Assembly (NCBI GenBank): GCA_024638815.1
Contig: JAHEJM010000007.1
Coordinates: 12,961 to 76,960, forward strand
DNA: 64,000 nucleotides
Direction: 5' to 3'
From: Acidimicrobiales bacterium
GTDB lineage: Bacteria; Actinomycetota; Acidimicrobiia; Acidimicrobiales; SZUA-35
The first letter of the stretch is position 1. Every line of letters starts with the position of its first letter. Shown piece after piece: positions 25,543 to 33,599 of the stretch. The notes below the pieces were generated by a model, which was not told the DNA's origin, made no database searches, and was given only the letters and a program-made list of their open reading frames with translations. Made by a program: the position numbers and the translations under genes.

Positions 25543-28499
25543 CCACCGCCGTGGTCGCCCCGGGTGGCGTGAAGGGTGGCGAAGACCCGAAGCGCCTCGG
25601 CATGGCTCTGATGGAGGGTGAACTCGTTGAAGAACGGCATTGAGTTCAGATCGTACCACTGCCACAGATACGGCAGTTCGTCGGGATCGGGACGGGCCCC
25701 GGCCGGGCGGAGGAAGTACTCCACGGCCCAGTCGTCGTCGGGCCCCCAGCCAAGGTCGTGAAAGCCGTAGACCGGGGTCCCGGGCCAGAGAGGTATTCCA
25801 CCGTTGAGATTGTCGATGATGACGGGATGTCGGACCGGGTTGTGACCGATGCCGGTGAGAAAGACCTGACCGAGTGGGTTGGCACCGAGGCCGACCGACG
25901 CCGATCGAAGCACAGCCCGGCGGTAGCGTTCGTCCCCCGACAACTGATAGGCCTTGAGCAGACCGGCCCCCTTGGGTGCGCCGCCCGCTCCGAGCCCCCA
26001 GATCAGGGGGACATCAGGGTGCTCGGTGGTCCAACCGTAGGCGTGTTCGTGGGCCGCCTCCAGTAGCTCGTCGGCCGAGGCCAGGAAACGGCCCCGCAGC
26101 TCGGCGACAACTGCGGTGTCGGGCTCGAACCTCGGGGAATCTCCGGATCTCTCGCCGTCGATCTCCGCGTCGCCAGGGGGGAGAGATTCCCTTCCGGCCG
26201 CCTCCAAGTACAGCCAGGCGGCGTCACACACGGTGTGGACGTGACAGGACATGGCGGTATCGGCCCCCGGCTCCAGATAGTCGGCGGTTTCGATGAACAA
26301 CCGATGCCAGCGTTCCTCGCCAGTGGCCAGGAGCAGAGCGGCAGCCGCGACATTGCGCTGCGGTTCGGCCTCTCCCGAAGGGTCGGTCCCGGCGCCCTCA
26401 GCGGCCTTGGACTCGGCCCACTCCATGGCGGCTCTCGCCGATTGCAGGTAGTCATCGGCCCGTCCTCGGTCGTATGGGCCGAGGGTGTGGGCCACCTCAG
26501 CCGCCACCGAAGCGTAGAGATAACTGGACCAACGGTCGGGCTCGTAGGCATACACGGCAAGATCGTCGGTCCATGACGTGGCGCCGTACATCGGGTGCTC
26601 CGATGCCTCGATACCACCCCGGATGGCGCCATCCGACCGTTGCATGCGCCGATACAGGTCGAGGGACCACAATCCCTCATCGAGGACGTCAGGGACACCG
26701 TCATCGGATTCCGGGATGTTGAGACGCCAGGAGGCCACGGTGGCCGGGTAGCGCCGAACAAGATCGGCCACCGTCCGGGTGTAGTAAAGGTGGTCGATCC
26801 GGCGATCCCAGTCACCGGCGTCGAAGTGCCCTCCCCACGCGTCGTCCACCAACTCCCCGGTTCCCCCGGCGGCCAGATCGTCGAAGTCCGACCCAGGATT
26901 GGCCCGGGCCATGGCCATGGTGTGGGCACTGGCCTCGACCGTCTCGCCGTCATCCGGATGGTAGCCCCGGGGCCGGTTCACGGCGGTGAAGGGCGGACCC
27001 AGCTCCAGGCCACTGCGCTGATGGTAGGCGGCCCGGGCAACGGTCACCGCTGCCCGCCTCCACACGTCCTCGCCGATATCGAACGGTAGGGAGCAGCCCA
27101 GCGCCGACACACAGACCTGGAAGCGCCCGGTTTCGTCAACCGAGGAGAAGTCGAGCTCGATCGGCGGCGGGATCTCATCGGGGATGGCCGCCGACACCGC
27201 AGCGGACGAGATCGTGGTGGCGGGAACCGGGGCGGTGTAGACCGCAGGCCCCGAATCACCGACCCGCCGCACCTCGAACCGAATCGGCTCCTGCTGGGGG
27301 TCCGCTGGGCCTGAGGACGACAACCAGTCCAGGTCGCCGACACCGTCGAGCCATCGGTCAAGGTAGGCCGACTTGGGCCGGTCGCCGGGAGCGTACCCGA
27401 GCTGGTTGAGACGTATCGACGGGCTGACCGTCGATTGTTCATCAAGAGAGAATCGAATCGACCGTGATGCCGAACCCCCGACCCGGCCGATGTCCGAGCC
27501 GTCGACCGCCACCGCGTCCGACGGCGGCTCGACGGTATAGCTGTGGCCCGTCGACAGTGGTTCCGGCACCTCCAGCACGACGTCGTGGACGCGGGTCCAG
27601 AACGACTCCTGATCCGAATCGAGACCGCCACCGGCGGGGCGGGTGAAAACGTGAACCTCCCCAACCGATCGGGCCTGCCGGTATCGCTCATCGGTCGAGG
27701 AGCTGATCGTCCACCCCCGAGACTCGAGCACGTCGACATCGAGCCGTTCACCGTCGAAACGATCGTAGGTTCGAATCAGATCGGGCCGGGTCGATACCGG
27801 CAGCCCCAGCAGAGTACCCTGCTCGTCGACGACCGGGTCGTGGCGCTCCCCCTCCCCTACCGGCAACGGGCGTTGCTCCAACTCGAAGGGTTGGATCACG
27901 CCCCGCTCCGTTCGACCCTCCTTCAGGTGGATCACCACCTGCCGGGGGCCGGCCAGTCCGACCCGGGCCGCCTTGAATCCGGTGGAGTCGGCAGAACCAT
28001 GGGCGACATCGAAACCGACCGCGTCACCTTCCAGCAACCGGCCCTCGTCGTCCCGATACCGGGCCAACGCCATCTGGTAGCCGGCGTGAGGGGTATCGAG
28101 AGTGATGGTGACCGACGCAGTGCCGGCGGGCTGCCATCGATCCCTCGTCGGGTCCATCGAAACCGATAGTTCGACCGCATCCTGCGGCGGCCGAACCAGC
28201 AGTTCGACCATGGTGACCATGCGTTCGGAGTCCCAACGCCGGCCGAGTACCGTCAGGGTGCGGGTGACCGGCCCGTTCACCGCAAACTCGGCCGGGGTCA
28301 ACTCCGTCCGTCGACCTCCGGCCCTCGAAGGTTCCCCGCCGTTCTCGACGTTGCCTCGCCGGGAGAACCACAACCCTGCTCCGGCCAGGATCAGGGCAAC
28401 GGCCAGCACCCCGGCCACGACCACGACCGGCCGGAAAGATATGCGGGACAACAACGGCGAACCGTCCCTTGCCGGGGACGTGCGGGGGCCGACGGACAT
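25539..28499 (-). CDS. membrane-anchored family-9-like glycoside hydrolase (endo-beta-glucanase type) with Ig-like CelD_N module and a large unassigned N-terminal ectodomain
   Basis: An N-terminal TM helix (VVVVAGVLAVALILAGAGLWF) is followed by ~370 aa with no motif I recognise. Next come IRLNQLGYAPGDRPKSAYL (CelD_N-like) and a GH9-like catalytic domain with AWGGHFDAGDWDRR (DAGD) and ...FFNEFTL (NE) near the C-terminus. Confidence 0.7.
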   Translation of the reverse strand: MSVGPRTSPARDGSPLLSRISFRPVVVVAGVLAVALILAGAGLWFSRRGNVENGGEPSRAGGRRTELTPAEFAVNGPVTRTLTVLGRRWDSERMVTMVELLVRPPQDAVELSVSMDPTRDRWQPAGTASVTITLDTPHAGYQMALARYRDDEGRLLEGDAVGFDVAHGSADSTGFKAARVGLAGPRQVVIHLKEGRTERGVIQPFELEQRPLPVGEGERHDPVVDEQGTLLGLPVSTRPDLIRTYDRFDGERLDVDVLESRGWTISSSTDERYRQARSVGEVHVFTRPAGGGLDSDQESFWTRVHDVVLEVPEPLSTGHSYTVEPPSDAVAVDGSDIGRVGGSASRSIRFSLDEQSTVSPSIRLNQLGYAPGDRPKSAYLDRWLDGVGDLDWLSSSGPADPQQEPIRFEVRRVGDSGPAVYTAPVPATTISSAAVSAAIPDEIPPPIELDFSSVDETGRFQVCVSALGCSLPFDIGEDVWRRAAVTVARAAYHQRSGLELGPPFTAVNRPRGYHPDDGETVEASAHTMAMARANPGSDFDDLAAGGTGELVDDAWGGHFDAGDWDRRIDHLYYTRTVADLVRRYPATVASWRLNIPESDDGVPDVLDEGLWSLDLYRRMQRSDGAIRGGIEASEHPMYGATSWTDDLAVYAYEPDRWSSYLYASVAAEVAHTLGPYDRGRADDYLQSARAAMEWAESKAAEGAGTDPSGEAEPQRNVAAAALLLATGEERWHRLFIETADYLEPGADTAMSCHVHTVCDAAWLYLEAAGRESLPPGDAEIDGERSGDSPRFEPDTAVVAELRGRFLASADELLEAAHEHAYGWTTEHPDVPLIWGLGAGGAPKGAGLLKAYQLSGDERYRRAVLRSASVGLGANPLGQVFLTGIGHNPVRHPVIIDNLNGGIPLWPGTPVYGFHDLGWGPDDDWAVEYFLRPAGARPDPDELPYLWQWYDLNSMPFFNEFTLHQSHAEALRVFATLHATRGDHGGG

Positions 28500-28504
28500 C
28501 GGCG

Positions 28505-29653
28505 TCAGCTTACGCTGTCGAGAATCCGTATCAGGCCGCGACCGGCCGCTTCGTCGGTGCAGTGGTCATCGGCGAACCGGGAGGCGTTGGCGTCGAGTTC
28601 GGCCCGCAGGGCATCATCGTGCCACATCGTCGAAATGGCATCGGCCATCGCCTTGGCGTCGTACAATGGCGGACACAACGCATTCTTGCCCTCGAACACG
28701 TAGTCCTCGATTCCGAGACGATCGGTGATTACCAGTGCCCTACCGTGGCGGAGCGTCTCCACGATGGTCACCAGACCGCCTGTCAGGGCCTCATCGGTGA
28801 GTGGCACCACGTTGACCCTTGCATGGCGGACCAGGCGTCGGATCTCGGGCCGTGTCAGTTGATCGAGAATCTCCACATTGGGCGGCACCGTCAGACCGGA
28901 GAGGATCCGATCGGAGGCCAGGACCAGAGTACGGTGCCCGGTCATGGCCACGGCCTCAAAGAACGTCCCGTAGTCGCGATACCCTGAGCCGGTGGCGAAC
29001 ACGTAGGGCTCATCCTGACCTTCAGGTTTCTCGGTCTCGATCTTGGCACCGTACTGAAGAGGAACGAACTCGAACCGTTCAATGGGCAGGTCGAGGAGCG
29101 TTGAATATCCTTCGATTTCCCTCGTCGAGTGGACCACGAACCGGTCGACCACCGACAGCGGGACCCGCGCCCCATGCCGTCGGATCGGCCCGCGTAGACC
29201 CTCGGTATTGAACAGCCAGGCCACCAACGGACGGTCACCGCGTGCTACGAACTTCAGCAGACCGGTAGCCGCGGCCAGTTGGGGAAAGACCGTGATGATC
29301 CCATGATCCCGGTAGGCGTAGGCCCGGCGGGCCTGTTGCATTCGCTGCAGCCATTCGCGGGCGCCGGCCCTGGCTGCCGACTGGTGCCAGTTGCGATCCT
29401 CACCCACGGAGGGAATCAGCACGAAGGAATGGCGATCATCGGTTATCGAATCGTGAATCCAACGATCGTGAGCGGTCTCGAAGTACGGCGATGCCACCAC
29501 CCATTTCATCTTGTGTTGACACCACCCTTTGACGATTGGCTTCGACGGTGATCGCCCGGTTGATTGCGACAGAAGCATAGCGCTCCGACTCCATTCGTGG
29601 GGGTTCTGCGCCAAATGCCGACGACCGAATTGCTGGTCAGCGGCACTGAGCAA
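28505..29653 (-). CDS. GT-B fold glycosyltransferase (group-1-like)
   Basis: The C-terminal half VFATGSGYRDYGTFFEAV...VNVVPL...GGLVTIVETLRHGRALVITD resembles group-1 glycosyltransferases. The start is uncertain; internal ATGs lie at 29578 and 29509 (MKWVVASPYFE). Confidence 0.55.
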   Translation of the reverse strand: MLSAADQQFGRRHLAQNPHEWSRSAMLLSQSTGRSPSKPIVKGWCQHKMKWVVASPYFETAHDRWIHDSITDDRHSFVLIPSVGEDRNWHQSAARAGAREWLQRMQQARRAYAYRDHGIITVFPQLAAATGLLKFVARGDRPLVAWLFNTEGLRGPIRRHGARVPLSVVDRFVVHSTREIEGYSTLLDLPIERFEFVPLQYGAKIETEKPEGQDEPYVFATGSGYRDYGTFFEAVAMTGHRTLVLASDRILSGLTVPPNVEILDQLTRPEIRRLVRHARVNVVPLTDEALTGGLVTIVETLRHGRALVITDRLGIEDYVFEGKNALCPPLYDAKAMADAISTMWHDDALRAELDANASRFADDHCTDEAAGRGLIRILDSVS

Positions 29654-29744
29654 GAACGGCGGACGACGCCCGTGACCGTGCGGAGGCCGAGCCCGCCGGT
29701 GCCCACCCGATATGCAATGTGTTTCGACGATGTTCTCAGTGCCG

Positions 29745-31046
29745 TCATCGCGCCATCACTCCCCTCACCTGGGACGAGCGGAGCCGATCCGCTTGTCGCT
29801 GGTAGTACACCATAACAATCCAGCTGGCCACGGCCAGATAGGCTTCACTACCCAAGGTGGCCATCACGGCCCCCTGCCAGCCACGGCCGGGAATCAGCGT
29901 GACGTAGAGGACGACGGCAACAACGGCGGCCGAGGTGAACACGACGGCTCGCTCAGTGGCCCGACCCAGGCCCAACAACCCGTTCATCGGTGTGCCGCTC
30001 AGGGCGATCAAGGGCAGGAAGAGAAGCAGCCACGGGACGATTTCGGTTGCCTCACGGTATCGACCGGCAAGGAAGTAGTCCTCGACCAGTGGCAGCATCA
30101 GATAAATGGCGCCGGCGGTGACGATGCCGACCGCCAGCATGAAGCCCGTGAGCGCGCCCGAACGCCGCAGCTGGTAGTTGTCGCGGTCGGCGTCATCGGC
30201 CAGGAATCGGTGAAAGGCGGCCTGGCCGATGACCCGCAGTGGCAGCGAGCCGAGCTGAACCACCCGGTAGGCGGCGCCGTACAACCCGGCCTGGGCGTCG
30301 AAGTTGTAGGCGTTGAGCGCCACCTTGTCGCCATCGAGTTGCAGGCTGGAGGCGGCCAGGGGTACGGCGAAAACCGCACTGGACCGGCTGGCCCGCCGAG
30401 ATGGACGACCGAAGCGGACGGTGTAGCCGACGGCCGGCAGCAGGCGGAACATCAACCAGAGCGAGTAGGCCCCGTAAAGAGCGACATAGGCGATGGCCAG
30501 ATTTCGGATGGTGAAAACGCCGGCGACGTAGAGTCCGATGACCGCCGCCGTCTTCAACACGGATACGGCCATACGTACCTTGATCATGGCCGGATAGTCG
30601 ACCGCGGCCTGCACCAACATGGAGCAGACGAAGATCATCGAGTTGAAGAACAGCTCGCTGACCACCAGGAGGATGATCTCGACCATGGACAGGTCGATGA
30701 ACAACCAACCGAAGTACACGGCCAACCCGCTGGTGGCGACGCCCAGGATGAGAGCCACCGATACGAACGAGCGAAAGATCTCGTTCAGATCCTCGTTGAA
30801 ACGTATCCGTTGCTGAATGAGAGCCAGGCCCGGACCGGCGAACGTGAGCGAACCAAGGGGCGCAACCACGCCGTAGAGACCGACGAAGGCCCCGTAGACG
30901 GCTGTGTCCTCGGAGTAGGTGTATTGCAGCAACAGGAACGACACGACGGCGGCCACGGTCCCCATGACGTCGTGGACCCCGGTCCACAACGTGTCACGGG
31001 CCAGCCCGTCAAAGGCGTGCCAAAGTCGATTCCACACAAGTCTCAC
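29745..31046 (-). CDS. polytopic membrane protein, probable MOP-type oligosaccharide flippase (second Wzx-like)
   Basis: Length is 433 aa with roughly 12 hydrophobic segments. It lies between a Wzy-like gene and a glycosyltransferase on the same strand. I recognise no unique motif beyond topology and context. Confidence 0.5.
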   Translation of the reverse strand: MRLVWNRLWHAFDGLARDTLWTGVHDVMGTVAAVVSFLLLQYTYSEDTAVYGAFVGLYGVVAPLGSLTFAGPGLALIQQRIRFNEDLNEIFRSFVSVALILGVATSGLAVYFGWLFIDLSMVEIILLVVSELFFNSMIFVCSMLVQAAVDYPAMIKVRMAVSVLKTAAVIGLYVAGVFTIRNLAIAYVALYGAYSLWLMFRLLPAVGYTVRFGRPSRRASRSSAVFAVPLAASSLQLDGDKVALNAYNFDAQAGLYGAAYRVVQLGSLPLRVIGQAAFHRFLADDADRDNYQLRRSGALTGFMLAVGIVTAGAIYLMLPLVEDYFLAGRYREATEIVPWLLLFLPLIALSGTPMNGLLGLGRATERAVVFTSAAVVAVVLYVTLIPGRGWQGAVMATLGSEAYLAVASWIVMVYYQRQADRLRSSQVRGVMAR

Positions 31047-31139
31047 GCCGCTGTCACCCGGAAGTCATGCTCTCATCGTGGTTCATGGTGCGTCGCCGTG
31101 GCTCCGGATCGACGTTGAACCGGCTCAGCCGAAGTCGGG

Positions 31140-32549
31140 CTAGGCCCATCGCGTCATCTGGGCAACCGGTGGAGCATACAGTGATTCCGCCCGGCGCAGC
31201 AGCAGCACCTTCATCAGAACCAGGAGTGTCAGCCAACCCCCGAGGTAGACGTCCTCGGAAATCGACATGAAGGCCTGGGCGAACAGAATACTGAGCGCCC
31301 ATACCGCCAGCTTCGGCCTGTCGCTCAGCGATCCCCACGCCTTCCGGAACACGGTGAGCCACAACACGGCGTAGATGATCAACCCCACCAGCCCGAGCTG
31401 TAGGGCGAGATCGAGCGCACCGTTGTGGGCGTGATTGGCTTCGAACCCGACCTGTCGCCAGATTCGGTCGGTTTCCGGCGACACATCCTGCTGCCAGAAC
31501 AATGCTCCGACTCCGTGGCCCAGCAATGGTCGGCGCTGAATGGCGTCGATCGACGCCGACCAGATGTAGGTACGGCCGGAGAAGGTCAGCTCCTTTCCAT
31601 AGGCGCTGGTGATGCTGGCCAGCGACGCAAAGGATCCGGCAACCATACCCAGGAGTCCGAGCACCGAAGCCGAGAAGAAGAGCGTGCTCGTCCGCAGGTC
31701 GTCACGCTTGCTGTTCTGAAAGATCCAGAGCCAGACCAGGGCCACCACGACAAGAAAGCCGGCCGACAGGCCGGTGGCCGAGGTCGACCCGACCATCAGT
31801 GTCCCGATCACGGCGAGTGTCCCCCCCTTGAGCACGATCGAGCGATCGAACACGGCGATTGTCGAGATTCCGACCACCAGAAACGGCGTCATCTTGTTCT
31901 TGTGAGTGAAGTATCCATGCCAGCCGGCGTAGTCGTCGACTCCTTGATCGGTGGCCAGGTGGGTACGGGTGGTGGGATCGATGATCAAGGCGATCACGGT
32001 GATGGCGACTGCGATGCGCACAGCCCAGACCAGGGCCGTCCCGACATCCCGGAGTGGCAGTAACCCTGCGACCAGGGCCGCAGCCACCACCGAGGGGATC
32101 AATCCCCTGACGATGATGCTTGTAGGACCGGGATCCACCGTCCAGGCCAGAGAGGCCAACGAGATGGTGATTATTCCAAGCACGGAGAACGACACCGGGA
32201 GCTGGAGTACCACCGTCTTCGGGGCCAGGACCAGAGCCCCGAGGACCAGCAGCAGCGGAATCATGCCCACCGAGGTGGGCAGGAACAGCGAGCCGGCCGC
32301 TCCGAAGGTCCACAGCAGGGCGACGACGAGTGCAACCTGACATGCCAGGGTTCCGACCGGTCCCATGCGATGGCCCTGGGGGTCGAACCTGGGCACCCGC
32401 ACTGCCGACGGCGTTTCCAACATAGGTGCAGAGTCTACCAGCGGTGTTCGTACCGGCCGTGGCCCGAAGAGCGCGCTCGCTCCGCTCTGGGCCGTTCGAC
32501 CCAACCCAACTCCGATAGTCGACCCCGGCCACGAAACAATCAACGGCAC
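31140..32549 (-). CDS. O-antigen ligase / Wzy-like polymerase (second copy)
   Basis: A hydrophobic protein with the Wzy_C motif LLGHGVGALFW...FEANHAHNGALDLALQLGLVGL. The N-terminal ~60 aa are non-hydrophobic and Pro/Arg-rich. Alternative ATG starts lie at 32423 and 32366. Confidence 0.7.
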   Translation of the reverse strand: MPLIVSWPGSTIGVGLGRTAQSGASALFGPRPVRTPLVDSAPMLETPSAVRVPRFDPQGHRMGPVGTLACQVALVVALLWTFGAAGSLFLPTSVGMIPLLLVLGALVLAPKTVVLQLPVSFSVLGIITISLASLAWTVDPGPTSIIVRGLIPSVVAAALVAGLLPLRDVGTALVWAVRIAVAITVIALIIDPTTRTHLATDQGVDDYAGWHGYFTHKNKMTPFLVVGISTIAVFDRSIVLKGGTLAVIGTLMVGSTSATGLSAGFLVVVALVWLWIFQNSKRDDLRTSTLFFSASVLGLLGMVAGSFASLASITSAYGKELTFSGRTYIWSASIDAIQRRPLLGHGVGALFWQQDVSPETDRIWRQVGFEANHAHNGALDLALQLGLVGLIIYAVLWLTVFRKAWGSLSDRPKLAVWALSILFAQAFMSISEDVYLGGWLTLLVLMKVLLLRRAESLYAPPVAQMTRWA

Positions 32550-32585
32550 GTAGTCGTCCGACGGAAACGGTTCCTAAGCTGCGGT

Positions 32586-33572
32586 GTGGCTGTCAACGGC
32601 GAGAACGATCATTCCGTTGCCGGATTCAGCAAGGAAAACGTCGATTCGAGTCGGCTTCGAGTCGCCGTCTATATTTGCACCTTCCGGCGCAACGAGCCAC
32701 TGGCCCGCTTGCTCGACACCCTCGAGGTGGCGGCCGAACACGCAGCGGACGTCGCCGAGCTGGGCGTGATCGTCGTCGACGACAACCCCGACGGCGACGC
32801 CAAGCATGTGGTCGCCGAGTCGAACCGCCGGTTTCCGCTCGGCCTGCATTACCGCCATAGCGGATCGGCCAACATCGCCCTGGCCCGCAATATCGGCGTG
32901 GAGGCGGCCATGGAGTTGGCCGACTGGGTGGCAATGGTCGACGACGATCAGATCGTGGTCCAGGAATGGCTGAGTGAACTACTCAAGATCCAAGCCGAAA
33001 CCGAGGCCGATGCCGTAACCGCTCCGGTGTACGCCCGCTTCGACGATCGGGCCCCGGCGTGGATCCACGATCAACCGTTCGCCGATCTGTGGTGTACCCC
33101 GAAAAAGCCTGACGGGGCCGCGGTCGACGATCTGCAGACCGCCAATTCGATGATCCGCACCGACTTTCTCCGGCGGCACCCCGATGTCCGCTTCTCCACC
33201 GACCTGGGGCAGGCCGGTGGTGAGGACATGGTCTTCTACCGAGCTGCGATTTCCCGGGGCCTGAAGGCTCACTACAGTCACTACGCCGTCAGCTGGGAAC
33301 TGGAACCACCGGAGCGGGCCACGTTCGGCTACCAGCTACGACGGAACCTGTGGCACGGCAATACCGAAGCCATCACCCAACTTCGCGCTCGTCGCGACGG
33401 GAGGCTCCGGGTAGTGGCCCGAGCCGGCAAGCGCGGCGTCATCGCCCTACTCCATCCCGTTCAAGGCCTTCGCTCCGGGCGGGGGCCGCAGCTGCGCTAC
33501 AGCCTGGCCTACGGTCTCCAGTCAATCGGACTGCTACTCGGTGCGGCCGGCATCAAGCTGTCCCACCCGTGA
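32586..33572 (+). CDS. family-2 glycosyltransferase
   Basis: RVAVYICTFRRNEPLARLL...VIVVDDNPDGDA...AMVDDDQ (DxD). The track ORF starts at 32370 and overlaps the divergent Wzy gene. The first plausible start upstream of the GT2 core is the GTG at 32586. Confidence 0.7.
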   Translation: MAVNGENDHSVAGFSKENVDSSRLRVAVYICTFRRNEPLARLLDTLEVAAEHAADVAELGVIVVDDNPDGDAKHVVAESNRRFPLGLHYRHSGSANIALARNIGVEAAMELADWVAMVDDDQIVVQEWLSELLKIQAETEADAVTAPVYARFDDRAPAWIHDQPFADLWCTPKKPDGAAVDDLQTANSMIRTDFLRRHPDVRFSTDLGQAGGEDMVFYRAAISRGLKAHYSHYAVSWELEPPERATFGYQLRRNLWHGNTEAITQLRARRDGRLRVVARAGKRGVIALLHPVQGLRSGRGPQLRYSLAYGLQSIGLLLGAAGIKLSHP

Positions 33573-33599
33573 CAACCCACCGGCGCCGGTCCTGATCGC

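Noticed and set aside
33573-33599. The palindrome CCGGCGCCGG in the 27-nt convergent gap between the last GT2 gene and dnaE, considered as a terminator.
   Set aside because: With a realistic loop the stem is only ~4 bp, which is too weak to call.
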